DNA of 63,233 nucleotides, counting the filler. It is 5 parts of 5 records of this genome, joined end to end, with 100 filler letters (N's around TTAATTAATTAA, not from the genome) between each part and the next. Parts side by side here need not be neighbours in the genome. Positions count along the whole stretch, not along the records: positions 33,455 to 39,070 come from DRR723986_6526; positions 39,171 to 45,313 come from DRR723986_6530; positions 45,414 to 63,233 come from DRR723986_6547; 2 more parts are not named here. One strand, written 5' to 3'. The notes below the pieces were generated by a model. That model was not told the DNA's origin and made no database searches. It was given only the letters and a program-made list of their open reading frames with translations. Numbering within the stretch: the first letter of the stretch is position 1; the number at the start of each line of letters is the position of its first letter. This document shows, piece by piece, positions 37,698 through 47,206 of this stretch. Both the position numbers and the translations under genes were made by a program.

Positions 37698-37728
37698 AAA
37701 AGGCCCCCGAACCTGCCGGGGGCCTTTT
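37698..37728 (-). terminator. Bidirectional terminator downstream of tauC
   Basis: AAAAGGCCCCCG...CGGGGGCCTTTT. Confidence 0.85.
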
Positions 37729-37750
37729 CACGAAGGTCAGAAAGTGTCGC

Positions 37751-39019
37751 CTAGACTTTGCCTTTCCACGGCACCAGGATCCGTTCGGCCCAGCGCATCA
37801 GCATGTCGATGCCGTAGCCGATGATACCGATCAGGATGATCCCCATGATCACGATATCGGTCAGCTGGAACTTCGACGCGGCCACGATCATCTGACCGGC
37901 GCCCTGTTCTGCGGCGACCAGTTCGGCGGCCACGACCGTTCCCCAGCAAACCCCCATCGCCACCCGCGCACCCGTGAAGATCTCGGGCAGGCTGTTGGGG
38001 ATGATCACGTGGCGCATGATCTGGCTTTTCGACGCGCCCAGCGAATAGGCGGCATGGATCTTGGAAATCGACACCCCCGAAACGCCCGCCCGTGCGGCGA
38101 TGGTCATTATCCATAGCGCCGCGAGAAACAGCAGGAAGATCTTGCCGCTTTCGTCGATACCGAACCAGATGATCACCAGCGGGATCAGCGCAAGCGGCGG
38201 CACCGGACGCATGAATTCCACGATCGGGTCGAACCAGCCCCGGAACCAGTTGGACAGCCCCATGGCATAGCCCAGCGGAATGCCCACTGCCGCGCCAAGG
38301 GCAAAGCCGGCCAGCACCCTGAACAGCGAATAGCCCAGATGTTCGGCAAGGGTGAAATCGCGATAGCCTTCCCGCGAGATTTCGATCACCCGGCTCCAGA
38401 CCGCCTCTGGCGGCGGCAGCCAGATCGGTTCCATCTGCATGCCAGCGTTTGGCGTGAAACGCACGGTGCCCCGGCGGCTCAGCGTGACCACGCCGTCGCC
38501 GGTGTCAACCTCGCCCACTTCCGGTTCCAGCGGCTGGCCGTTGATCGCCACGACGCGAAACCCGTCTTCATCGGCGCCCTCGTCATTGTCGCCGGTGCGG
38601 ATCAGGCTGGACCGTCCACCGCTTATGGTGTCGATATCGTTCAGCGCGAACCCGTCGCCGGGGTCGATCTCAGGCAGGTCCACCTCTTCGCCAACGGGGC
38701 GCACAAGGATCGTCACCGTGGCGTCATCGCGCTCGCCCGCTGTGTTTTCGGCGGTGTAGGTAAAGCTGGTGTCACCCAGGAAGGGGCCCGGCACATGAAT
38801 GGGAGAGATCACCGAGCCGGTGAACGCCCCCCAGATCAGGAAGATCGACAGGACCGAGATGACCGAGGCGGCCCGCGTCGGGCGCACGGCGCTTTCATCG
38901 CCGAAGGTCACGGTCTTGAGTGAGGTGAAATCGTGGCGCGACTCGCGCATGGAATTGAACGCTTTCACCGCAACGAAGGCGATCAGGAAGATCGCGATAT
39001 AGATGGCTGCAATCAACAT
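37751..39019 (-). CDS. tauC: Taurine ABC transporter permease with an extra extracytoplasmic Ig/cadherin-like insert
   Basis: WLPPPEAV, SLFRVLAGF, RPVPPLALIPL, EAA-like loop (IHAAYSLGAS), VVAAELVAA; taurine cluster context. Confidence 0.88.
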   Translation of the reverse strand: MLIAAIYIAIFLIAFVAVKAFNSMRESRHDFTSLKTVTFGDESAVRPTRAASVISVLSIFLIWGAFTGSVISPIHVPGPFLGDTSFTYTAENTAGERDDATVTILVRPVGEEVDLPEIDPGDGFALNDIDTISGGRSSLIRTGDNDEGADEDGFRVVAINGQPLEPEVGEVDTGDGVVTLSRRGTVRFTPNAGMQMEPIWLPPPEAVWSRVIEISREGYRDFTLAEHLGYSLFRVLAGFALGAAVGIPLGYAMGLSNWFRGWFDPIVEFMRPVPPLALIPLVIIWFGIDESGKIFLLFLAALWIMTIAARAGVSGVSISKIHAAYSLGASKSQIMRHVIIPNSLPEIFTGARVAMGVCWGTVVAAELVAAEQGAGQMIVAASKFQLTDIVIMGIILIGIIGYGIDMLMRWAERILVPWKGKV

Positions 39020-39069
39020 CAGACGGCCCCCTCTGTGCGACCCATGATCTCTTCTTCCATGTCCCAGAT
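39019..39069 (-). CDS. tauB: C-terminal end of taurine ABC ATPase (partial)
   Basis: IWDMEEEIMGRTEGAV*; stop overlaps the tauC ATG (TGATG); only 16 codons visible. Confidence 0.65.
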   Translation of the reverse strand: MWDMEEEIMGRTEGAV

Positions 39070-39070
39070 C

Positions 39071-39170
39071 NNNNNNNNNNNNNNNNNNNNNNNNNNNNNN
39101 NNNNNNNNNNNNNNTTAATTAATTAANNNNNNNNNNNNNNNNNNNNNNNNNNNNNNNNNNNNNNNNNNNN
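39071..39170. other. Artificial contig linker
   Basis: N44-TTAATTAATTAA-N44. Confidence 0.98.
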
Positions 39171-39197
39171 TCCCCCTAAGATCGGGGGGGATTACCC

Positions 39198-39482
39198 TAC
39201 GAGCGCGAATGGAGGCTCATCGGCGCGCGCGGCCCGCACGACTCCCCGCTTGAGATGGAAGAAGTCGTATTCGGGATGCGCTGCTCGCACACGGTAAAAT
39301 TCGCCATAGTCAAAGCGCTCACGGGCCGCAGCCGACCGGTGCGGTTTTATGAGATACGCGAGCGCCACGGGCGATTCCTGCTGGGCCGCTACGCGCTCGA
39401 CGTCGATGAGCTTTTCGCCTCGTTACCGCGGCGCGCCCTCGAAGTATATGACTATTTCGACGACCTGTCCGGCGAAGCATAA
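39198..39482 (+). pseudogene. 3' part of a DUF2971-like gene, 5' part interrupted
   Basis: In-frame YEREWRLIG...LEMEEVVFGMRC resembles the DUF2971 (W)xYExEWR motif; the expected upstream Trp is missing and an in-frame TAA lies at 39177-39179. Confidence 0.6.
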
Positions 39483-39644
39483 AGGGCACGCAGGTAGGCA
39501 ATGCACCCTACGTCTGCTATCTGCGCATTGCTGCCGTTCAGGCCCGCTGCGGCGAACTTCCGGAAACCTCCCTTCTTGGTGACGGAATGCCAATGCGGGC
39601 GGCCACCTCACAAACCCCGAGAACTTCGGGATTCACCGCTGCAG

Positions 39645-41501
39645 TCAATCCAATCCGAATACGTCGGTCACATCATCCCGCAGATACACGGCTCCGAAAT
39701 CCTGTCCCTCCGGCGAGAAGCGCGCAACTCTGCCGGATGCTATCTGTCCCTTCAGGCTGTTGCGATGCTGGCCAGTTTCAGCCGCCAGGGTCGTCAGAGT
39801 CGCAAACTGACGCCGGAACGTGGCCATGTTCTCCGGATTCATCCAGTATTGTGGTCGTTTCGTGCGGGGATTGATGATCTTGCTGGCGGGTACGTATCCG
39901 GCTTCGATCATGGACTGAAATACACCACCATCGCGTAGTCCAACTGACCGGCCGAACTCGGCGGCTGCCATGCCCCGCAGCTCTTCGGATGCGTCTTCGG
40001 CTATGGCCCGAGGCATAGGTGCGATTGCGTCAACCTCGGATCTCGGAACAACAATGCCATGGAAGCCTGCCTCACCGGTCCTTTGACCTAAGGTCATGGA
40101 CTTGTCGCGGATCCTCGCGATCAAATCGCCCAAGCCGATCTCTCGGCGTCGACATGCGCGCAGGAGGGTTTCCCAACGGGTGTCGTCGGCCTGGACTGGA
40201 ATGGCGCCAGAAGACAATTCATTGACCAGTAAAACACCGTCAGAAATCCGCCAAGGGTTCTTGACCTTTTTCACGCGCGTCCGCGGTCGCAGCAAATCTT
40301 CTTCCGTCAACGCGATCAGCTCCATCTTTGTCGCGCCCATGGCTTGGCGCATGGCGATCGGGCCGACCAGGGTAGGAATTTCCGCGAGAAGATCTGCATA
40401 GGCATGTGCATCAAACAGCCTACGACTATCAGGGCGAGGATCGTTTGCAACGATTGCACCGGCTTCAACAAGGAAATGTTCCAGAACTTTCGCGCCCACC
40501 CCAATCTCAGAGGCGGCAGTACGTAAGGAATGTTTGCGTCGTCGAGGCAGGGCCTCGCCCAAGATCACATCACCACTGGGATATGGCCAATGATCAAGGA
40601 CGCACTCGCGTAGGATTTTCCGGAATGGGTCAAAGTCGGCATCTTTCACATAATCTCGGTTCAGCCGAGTATAAAGTGGACCAAATGTTTTGCTGGGTTC
40701 ATCTTGGGCATCAGTAGCCATGGCTGCGATTTGATCGAGGGCCTCTCTGATTGCCGTCTTGCCAGCTGTCATGATGTCGAAGCCCCGGGAATGATCGCGC
40801 CAAGATACGCCGCCCCCCTCGGCGCTATCGAGTTTGGACAGAGCCTGACCGAGCAATCGGCACAATGTTGTCACGACGAAAACAGGGTGATCTGCAAGCC
40901 ATGTGGTATCCGAGCCATCCTGTAAACGCCGATCGAGCCACAGATCATAGGCAGACGGTACCGATGGCGCCTGATCAAACTTCCCTGACAGTATATCGCT
41001 AGAGATTTCCTGCAGGCGGGCGCCGATATCGAACCGGTCCCGCAGCGTCTCCGTCTGCCAGAGTGAGACCAGGGGATGGCTGTGTTGAACGCAGATCAAC
41101 ACATCTCTGAACTGCCAATCCCCCCGCATGGCCATAACCTCATGTGCCGGGCGATCAGTCCCGGCAACATCTTCTCGAAGGCACATAGGACACCCCCGGA
41201 CCACAGGGTTGCGCAATGCCCGGGAAACATAGAGTTCACCCCGGAACCGCATCCGAACGTTGCCAGCCCGCATCCCGGTCCAAGAGAGCATTTCGGCCAT
41301 CGCCTCCGGGGAGAGGTTGGCCCAGCTCGAGAACATCTCAAGCGCCTCGTCATCCTGATCCATCAATCTCTTGAACGAGGCGCCCATGTCGTAGGCCAAT
41401 TCAGGGGCCTCCGTGCGCCAGGTTGCCGCGAGACGCGCGAGGTAAGAATAAAGGGTTTCTCGACAAACAGGTAGAGGGTGTGAAATCGGTAGAGGCGTCA
41501 T
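39645..41501 (-). CDS. tniQ: TniQ/TnsD-family protein
   Basis: N-terminal ETLYSYLARLA; Zn-binding RGCPMCLRED...WQF...ICVQH; extended C-terminus with HTH-like repeats; ATG 41501. Confidence 0.85.
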   Translation of the reverse strand: MTPLPISHPLPVCRETLYSYLARLAATWRTEAPELAYDMGASFKRLMDQDDEALEMFSSWANLSPEAMAEMLSWTGMRAGNVRMRFRGELYVSRALRNPVVRGCPMCLREDVAGTDRPAHEVMAMRGDWQFRDVLICVQHSHPLVSLWQTETLRDRFDIGARLQEISSDILSGKFDQAPSVPSAYDLWLDRRLQDGSDTTWLADHPVFVVTTLCRLLGQALSKLDSAEGGGVSWRDHSRGFDIMTAGKTAIREALDQIAAMATDAQDEPSKTFGPLYTRLNRDYVKDADFDPFRKILRECVLDHWPYPSGDVILGEALPRRRKHSLRTAASEIGVGAKVLEHFLVEAGAIVANDPRPDSRRLFDAHAYADLLAEIPTLVGPIAMRQAMGATKMELIALTEEDLLRPRTRVKKVKNPWRISDGVLLVNELSSGAIPVQADDTRWETLLRACRRREIGLGDLIARIRDKSMTLGQRTGEAGFHGIVVPRSEVDAIAPMPRAIAEDASEELRGMAAAEFGRSVGLRDGGVFQSMIEAGYVPASKIINPRTKRPQYWMNPENMATFRRQFATLTTLAAETGQHRNSLKGQIASGRVARFSPEGQDFGAVYLRDDVTDVFGLD

Positions 41502-41526
41502 ATGCGATATATCTTTCCCACCGGCA

Positions 41527-42282
41527 TCACAGCCCTTCAACCTGAATTCCGTTCTCGGCCAACCACGTCTTTCGCCAGCGCCAATCTGGCAGGTGTTGCT
41601 CCACCTTGATCCAGAAATTGGCTGAATGATCCGGGTGATGCGCGTGAGCTAACTCATGCACCACGACATATTGGGCAATTCTTGGGGGTAGGAGGATAGA
41701 CTTCCAGTGAAAAGAAACGCGTCCGTCGGAACCGAAAGAGCCCCATCTGAATCCCAGGTCTTGGACTTTGACCTCCTGCACGGTCACCGCCATGCGGTTG
41801 GAAAGTTCAGCGACCTGCTTCTCGAACCACTGTTGGGCGCGTTTCGTATACCATGAGACAAAGATGTCCCGCCCTCGATGAATGGAACTTCGTCGCAGGC
41901 AGAACCGGCCGTTCTTTAGGCTGAGATCTACCAGATGGTTCTCGACGAGCCGCAGTCGATGACTCCGCCCAAGGTACAAGAACCCTTCGCCCTCGACGAA
42001 TTCTTTCATCGGGGCGCGTTGTTGTAGGCGAGCCTTCTCTTCGACCTTCGTGTGGATCCAAAGCAATTTTTCTTCTACGAAACTGACCAGTTGATCAGCG
42101 GGAACGCTCGAAGGTGCGACGATGGACAGATCGCCAGTACGTTCCACAGTAATCTGCATTGTTTTGCGCCGATCACTGCGATGCACGTCGAAGGCAAGGC
42201 CGTCGATCTCTAGTCGATGCTCGCGCACTCGCGCTGGCTTTCCGCCGGTCCGGATCGGCGTCATCGGCAGCTTGGACATCAC
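41527..42282 (-). CDS. M48/YgjP (DUF45, SprT-like) zinc metallopeptidase-family protein
   Basis: RSDRRKTMQITV, GEGFLYLG, RWGS, YVVVHELAH, HSANFW; overlaps the hsdR stop. Confidence 0.9.
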   Translation of the reverse strand: MMSKLPMTPIRTGGKPARVREHRLEIDGLAFDVHRSDRRKTMQITVERTGDLSIVAPSSVPADQLVSFVEEKLLWIHTKVEEKARLQQRAPMKEFVEGEGFLYLGRSHRLRLVENHLVDLSLKNGRFCLRRSSIHRGRDIFVSWYTKRAQQWFEKQVAELSNRMAVTVQEVKVQDLGFRWGSFGSDGRVSFHWKSILLPPRIAQYVVVHELAHAHHPDHSANFWIKVEQHLPDWRWRKTWLAENGIQVEGL

Positions 42283-45200
42283 GCCGCCCTCAGCTTGTCT
42301 TCGTTGGCTTTTGCTTGCTGCATCAACTGATCTGCAAGAGCTTCTGCTTCGTCAACTCCGAACCCCTGGAGCTGCGTGTCGAAAATGATCTCGAAGATCT
42401 CGGATCGGAGATTTTCTTGATCGGCCATTTTGAAGCTGCTCCACAAGGAACGATTTGCGCTGATCTCCTCAATGATGCGATCCACAGCAAGGCGTGTCAT
42501 CTCGTGCAACGTGTGGAGCCGGTCAGCGGGGGTCGTTTCATCAGCAGAACATGCCGCCAAGACTGTGCGGAGGAATGGAAGGTAAATCTCTGGGATGTCC
42601 GAGGTGGTTTCATCGCTTTCACTGACTTCACCGCGAAGTTCGTCGATGATGGCTTGCAGTTGTTCAATAATCTGATCCCACTGTTGGCCGAAGCTATTCA
42701 GGATATCTTTCAATCGTTCCGACATTTTCCTGAAACGTACAGGATCAGTTTCAAGGTTCTTGCGTATATGAGAACGGATCGCGTGTTCCATCTCTGAGGC
42801 CTTGGCCCGGCCGCTTGAGGCATGTCCAACTTGGTTGTCGAATTCGGCATCCGTGAGTTGCACGGGCGGGATCTTCGGGTCGATGCCGAGAGAAATGATG
42901 TGATCGTCGATCAGCTTCCGCACTTTAGCGCCGACGTCTGCCCCGATGACCGGGATGTCGCGATACCGATTGCGGGCGCGGGCCTGCAAATAGGCAAGTC
43001 TCTTGGCATCCCGAACGAAGGGCAACCCTTCCGGGCGAGGAAGGATGATCTCCAGTGATTTCAGGAAATCCTTAAGTTTGACAGTGAATTCAGCTCTGGC
43101 CTTCTCTGTGGAAAGCACCTGCAGGCAATCCTCGTCATTCGAAAGGTCATCAAGGCCCGCGCGACGGAAAATATCCACGACCCGAATATGCCGATCCTGA
43201 AGAACCGGGATTTGATCATTCAGACTGACCAAAGCGCCGTCAATGTCCTCATCAGAATAGGCGGCCAAGGCAGCCTTCAGATGATGGGCCACGCCGAAAT
43301 AATCGACGACGATTCCGCAGGTTTTCCCAAATCCTGTCCTGTTTACCCTAGCGATCGCCTGTAAAAGCTCGGCCTCGCGGATGGAACGGTCGAGGTACAT
43401 CACCCCTTCGATCGGGGCATCGAACCCGGTCAGAAGCATGGACTTGACGATCAGGAAAGCCAGCGGATCCGATTTCGTTGCATCCTTGTGAAACAGGGGC
43501 TTCTTGAACCGTTTGATGCGCGTTTCTTGTGCGGACCCGTCCGTCCATTGCTTCCATGAGGCGTCGTCGTTGTTGCCCCCCGACATGACCGCCGCGAACT
43601 CGATCTTTTCCAAGGTGTCCCGATAGCGCCAAGCCTGCACCAACGCCTGAAGCGCGGCAGGCTTGGTGCAGAGCACCTCGTCATCCATTGCTTGTTCCTG
43701 GTCAGAGAGCGCTGCTGCCTCTGACAGCAACTGGGCACGGGCTGCCAGAAAAGCGGCCTGATACCGGACCACTGCCGTCCGGCTGTAGGCGACCACCTGT
43801 GCCTTGTATCCGTTCGGCAAGAGATTGGTCACGTAATGCCGCAGCATGTCACGTGCCTTCTCTTCGATGAGCTCTTTGGCTTCGAGGATGTTGCCCTTGG
43901 TGGCGTATTTCTTGCGGATCGCTTCCAGCTCTTCATCCGTGCGGCCACGGAACATATCCTCGAACAGACCGTCCAGCGTGGCACCGTCCTTTACCGCTCC
44001 CTCGGCGGTCCGCCCTTCGTAGAGCACAGGCACCGTCGCACCATCGGCCTCGGCTTCCTTGATCGTGTATTTGTCGATAAACTCGCCGAAGATCTTGCTG
44101 GTCTTTTTCTTCTCCCCCATGATGATCGGCGTGCCGGTGAAGCCGATACGAGCACTATTTGGGAGTGCGGCCATCAGGTTTGCGTGCAGATCGCCCGCCT
44201 GCGTCCGATGCGCCTCGTCCACCACGACGACAATCGTCTCGTCCTCGTTCAACACCTCGAAGGCCGGTCCCTTCGTAACCCCCGCCACGTCTTCATCGGT
44301 CCGGTATTTCTGGATCGTGGCAAAGACGAGGCCCGGCCCCTTGCGCCTTGCCAACTTCTTCAACGATTCGTTGCTCGTCGCCATCTCGACCACGTCACCC
44401 GACAGGGTCGCCGTCTCCGACAGCTGCCGCTGCAGGTCTTTCCGGTCGGTGACCATGATCACTTTGAACTTCCGCAGCGCCAGATCCGTCCGCATCTTGC
44501 GGATCATGAACACCATGGTCAGGCTCTTGCCCGAGCCCTGCGTGTGCCAGACGATACCGCCACGGCGATCATACTCGTCGTCCTGCAGCCGCGTCTTGCC
44601 GCTGCGCAGGCGTTCCAGCGCGCGGTTCACGGCGCGGTATTGCTGATATCGGCAGACGGTCTTGATGGTCTGGCCGCCCACGTTCATGAACAGCAAGTAG
44701 TGCCGCAGGATATCCAACAGATGCGCCGGGCGCAGCATCCCTGCGACAAGCCGTTCCTGTTCCGACAGGCCCTTCTTGCCCAAGGCCTTGATCACATCGT
44801 CCTCGGACCCCGTGCCATCCGGCCCGACCACCGTCCTCCACCGGCCGTAATCCTCCAAACCCGCGCCGATACAACCCACGCGAGCCTGATCAAAGCTGGT
44901 GGCGATCAGCAGCTGGACCGAGGCGAACAGCGCGGGCGTGCCCTCGTTCTCCTCGACCTCCAGCGCGGCCTTACGGGCGTTGTGATAGCGGCGCAGCTGC
45001 TTGACCGCCTCGGCCAGCGGTTCGGGGATACCGGGGCTTTTCGCCTCGACCACCACCACGGGGATGCCGTTCACCAGCATCACCACATCGGGGATGATGA
45101 AGCCCTTGCCCACGTCATGGCCGGGCGGGCAGTCGACGCGGAACTGGTTCGCGACGGTAAAGCTGTTGGCCGCCACATCATCCCATGCGATGTAGCGGAT

Positions 45201-45313
45201 GGTCTGGCCGCGACCGCCGTCCCAGCCGGGCAGGCCCTCGACCGTCAGGCCCTTGAGGAGCAGCTCGGTGACCGCCTGATTGGCCTCCATCAGCCCGCGA
45301 TGACCGTGGCGGG
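42279..45313 (-). CDS. hsdR: Type I restriction endonuclease subunit R, 5'-truncated
   Basis: PD-(D/E)xK nuclease (IPDVVMLVNGIPVVVVEAK), QLRRY, WHTQGSGKS, DEAHR, FTGTP, MLLTGFDAP, QAIARVNR. Confidence 0.95.
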
Positions 45314-45413
45314 NNNNNNNNNNNNNNNNNNNNNNNNNNNNNNNNNNNNNNNNNNNNTTAATTAATTAANNNNNNNNNNNNNNNNNNNNNNNNNNNNNNN
45401 NNNNNNNNNNNNN
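45314..45413. other. Artificial contig linker
   Basis: N44-TTAATTAATTAA-N44. Confidence 0.98.
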
Positions 45414-45414
45414 C

Positions 45415-45699
45415 AACATGAACTACTCCATCTCCAACACTGCAGAGTGGGGTGAGTACGTGACTGGTCCGCGCATCGTGACGCCGGAAACCAAGGCGGA
45501 AATGAAGCGCGTCCTGACAGACATCCAGACCGGCAAGTTCACGTCCGATTGGATGCAGGAATACCGTGCAGGCGCTGCCAAGTTCAAGGCAACCCGCCGC
45601 CTGAACGACGCACACCAGATCGAGGAAGTTGGCGAAAAACTCCGCGGCATGATGCCGTGGATCAAGTCCAACGCGCTCGTCGACAAGACCAAGAACTAA
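45415..45699 (+). CDS. ilvC: Ketol-acid reductoisomerase, C-terminal part
   Basis: [20 protein letters not shown]...[15 protein letters not shown]. Confidence 0.95.
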   Translation, partial: NMNYSISNTAEWGEYVTGPRIVTPETKAEMKRVLTDIQTGKFTSDWMQEYRAGAAKFKATRRLNDAHQIEEVGEKLRGMMPWIKSNALVDKTKN

Positions 45700-45728
45700 C
45701 AAGGTTCGCCCCATCGACCCGAAACGAG

Positions 45729-45758
45729 ACCCCGCTGGCAACAGCGGGGTTTCTTTTT
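45729..45758 (+). terminator. Intrinsic terminator of ilvC
   Basis: ACCCCGCTG-gcaa-CAGCGGGGT followed by TTCTTTTT. Confidence 0.9.
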
Positions 45759-46015
45759 GCCGGTTCCTGCAGGTCGTCAAATAGAAATCCGGATGCGGGC
45801 GTTACAAATAAGCGGCCCACGACCACCCCCGCCCTGCCGCCCCAAAGATGCCGTATTGCCTCCGCAAATTTCACGGGTATCGTAAACGGGACCAAAGCGT
45901 TGAATTCCCTATTTGATAAAAGTTTTTTTATCGCGGCTAACCGGATTGCAAGACCCTATCCCGTAACGTAATCACTATCCTTTGTGAGATTGAGGGACCG
46001 GTTCCGGAGACTGCC

Positions 46016-47206
46016 TTGATGGATCTATCGACACTCTTTTCGGCAAATGTGCTTCTGCTGTCGATTTTTGCCATCTGCTTCCTGGCCATTTCCCTGCAGA
46101 CCAGTCCACGCGCTCACTGGTTGAGCTGGACCACTGCAAATGCCCTGTTGGCGTCGTCTCTGATCTGCTTTGCGCTCAGCAGAATGCTGCCGCCTCTGGT
46201 CGCCTATCTGCTCCCCAACACCCTGTTGCTGCTCGGTTTTGGCTGTCACTGGCACGCGGCGCGCCTCCTGGCGGATATGCCGAGCAAGCTCAGCAATGTT
46301 GTCGCGCCCTCGTTTGCCTACGGCATCGTCGCAGGCTGCGCGTATCTGCTTTCCAACTACGCCCTTGCGTACATGGCCTCCAACGTGGTGTTCACGCTGC
46401 TGTCCGTCGCAACCATTACCGTCTACGCTTCAAGGCCCTTCCGGGGTCTGATTTCCAATATCGGCCTCATCCTGGCGTTCTTCTTTCTGGCTGCCGAAGG
46501 TGTGCTGCGCACGGTGCACGGACTTGTTTCCGGCGGCCCGCAAGGGCCCGGCATGATCGACGACCTGATTGTCGACATTCACCTGATGTGCGCACTGGTC
46601 TTCGTCAGTCTGACCGGCGCTTTCTCCCTTGCACTGTCGTTCGAGCTCGTGGCGAACCGGAACCGGGAAGCGGCAAGGCGCGATCCCCTGACCGGCGCCT
46701 TCAACCGCAGGGAGTTTCAGACACGTCTGGAAAGCCTCCTGCAGGAAACGCAGAAGGACGACTTCGGTCTGGTCCACTTCGACCTCGATCACTTCAAGCA
46801 GGTGAACGACAGGTTCGGACATGTTGCAGGCGACGAAGCGCTTGTGAAGGTCTGTTCGGAAGTGAAGGCGCATCTGCGCCAGAACGACTGCTTTGCCCGC
46901 CTCGGTGGCGAGGAATTCGCGGTGCTTCTGCCGTCCATCTCGCGCGAGAACGCCTTCCGGGTTGCCGATCGCCTGCGCGAGCGCATTTCCGACTTGCGGT
47001 TCGAGTTCGCACCGCAGGACTTCAACTTGACGGCGTCGGCAGGTGTCTATCACGGCGACGGCAGCCAGCTGCCGTCAGCCGAATTGCTCAAGACAGTCGA
47101 TGAGAGCCTCTACCTGTCCAAACGGAGCGGACGCAATCGGGTGTCAGTTGTCGAGAAGGTTTCCGGTGCAATACCAGCCGAACCTTTGCGAACAGCTCAG
47201 GAATAG
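46016..47206 (+). CDS. Membrane-bound GGDEF diguanylate cyclase
   Basis: ~7 TM N-terminus; DPLTGAFNRR, DLDHFKQVNDRFGH, RQND I-site and GGEEF. Confidence 0.93.
   Translation: MMDLSTLFSANVLLLSIFAICFLAISLQTSPRAHWLSWTTANALLASSLICFALSRMLPPLVAYLLPNTLLLLGFGCHWHAARLLADMPSKLSNVVAPSFAYGIVAGCAYLLSNYALAYMASNVVFTLLSVATITVYASRPFRGLISNIGLILAFFFLAAEGVLRTVHGLVSGGPQGPGMIDDLIVDIHLMCALVFVSLTGAFSLALSFELVANRNREAARRDPLTGAFNRREFQTRLESLLQETQKDDFGLVHFDLDHFKQVNDRFGHVAGDEALVKVCSEVKAHLRQNDCFARLGGEEFAVLLPSISRENAFRVADRLRERISDLRFEFAPQDFNLTASAGVYHGDGSQLPSAELLKTVDESLYLSKRSGRNRVSVVEKVSGAIPAEPLRTAQE

Noticed and set aside
43836-45365. 509-aa plus-strand ORF
   Set aside because: Antisense shadow of GC-rich hsdR with no recognisable motifs; it runs into the linker.
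12595-45413. Four identical TTAATTAATTAA motifs within N runs, and ORFs crossing them (33213-33410, 38933-39118, 45358-45780)
   Set aside because: Artificial linkers. ORFs containing X and gene neighbourhoods across the joins are not biological.
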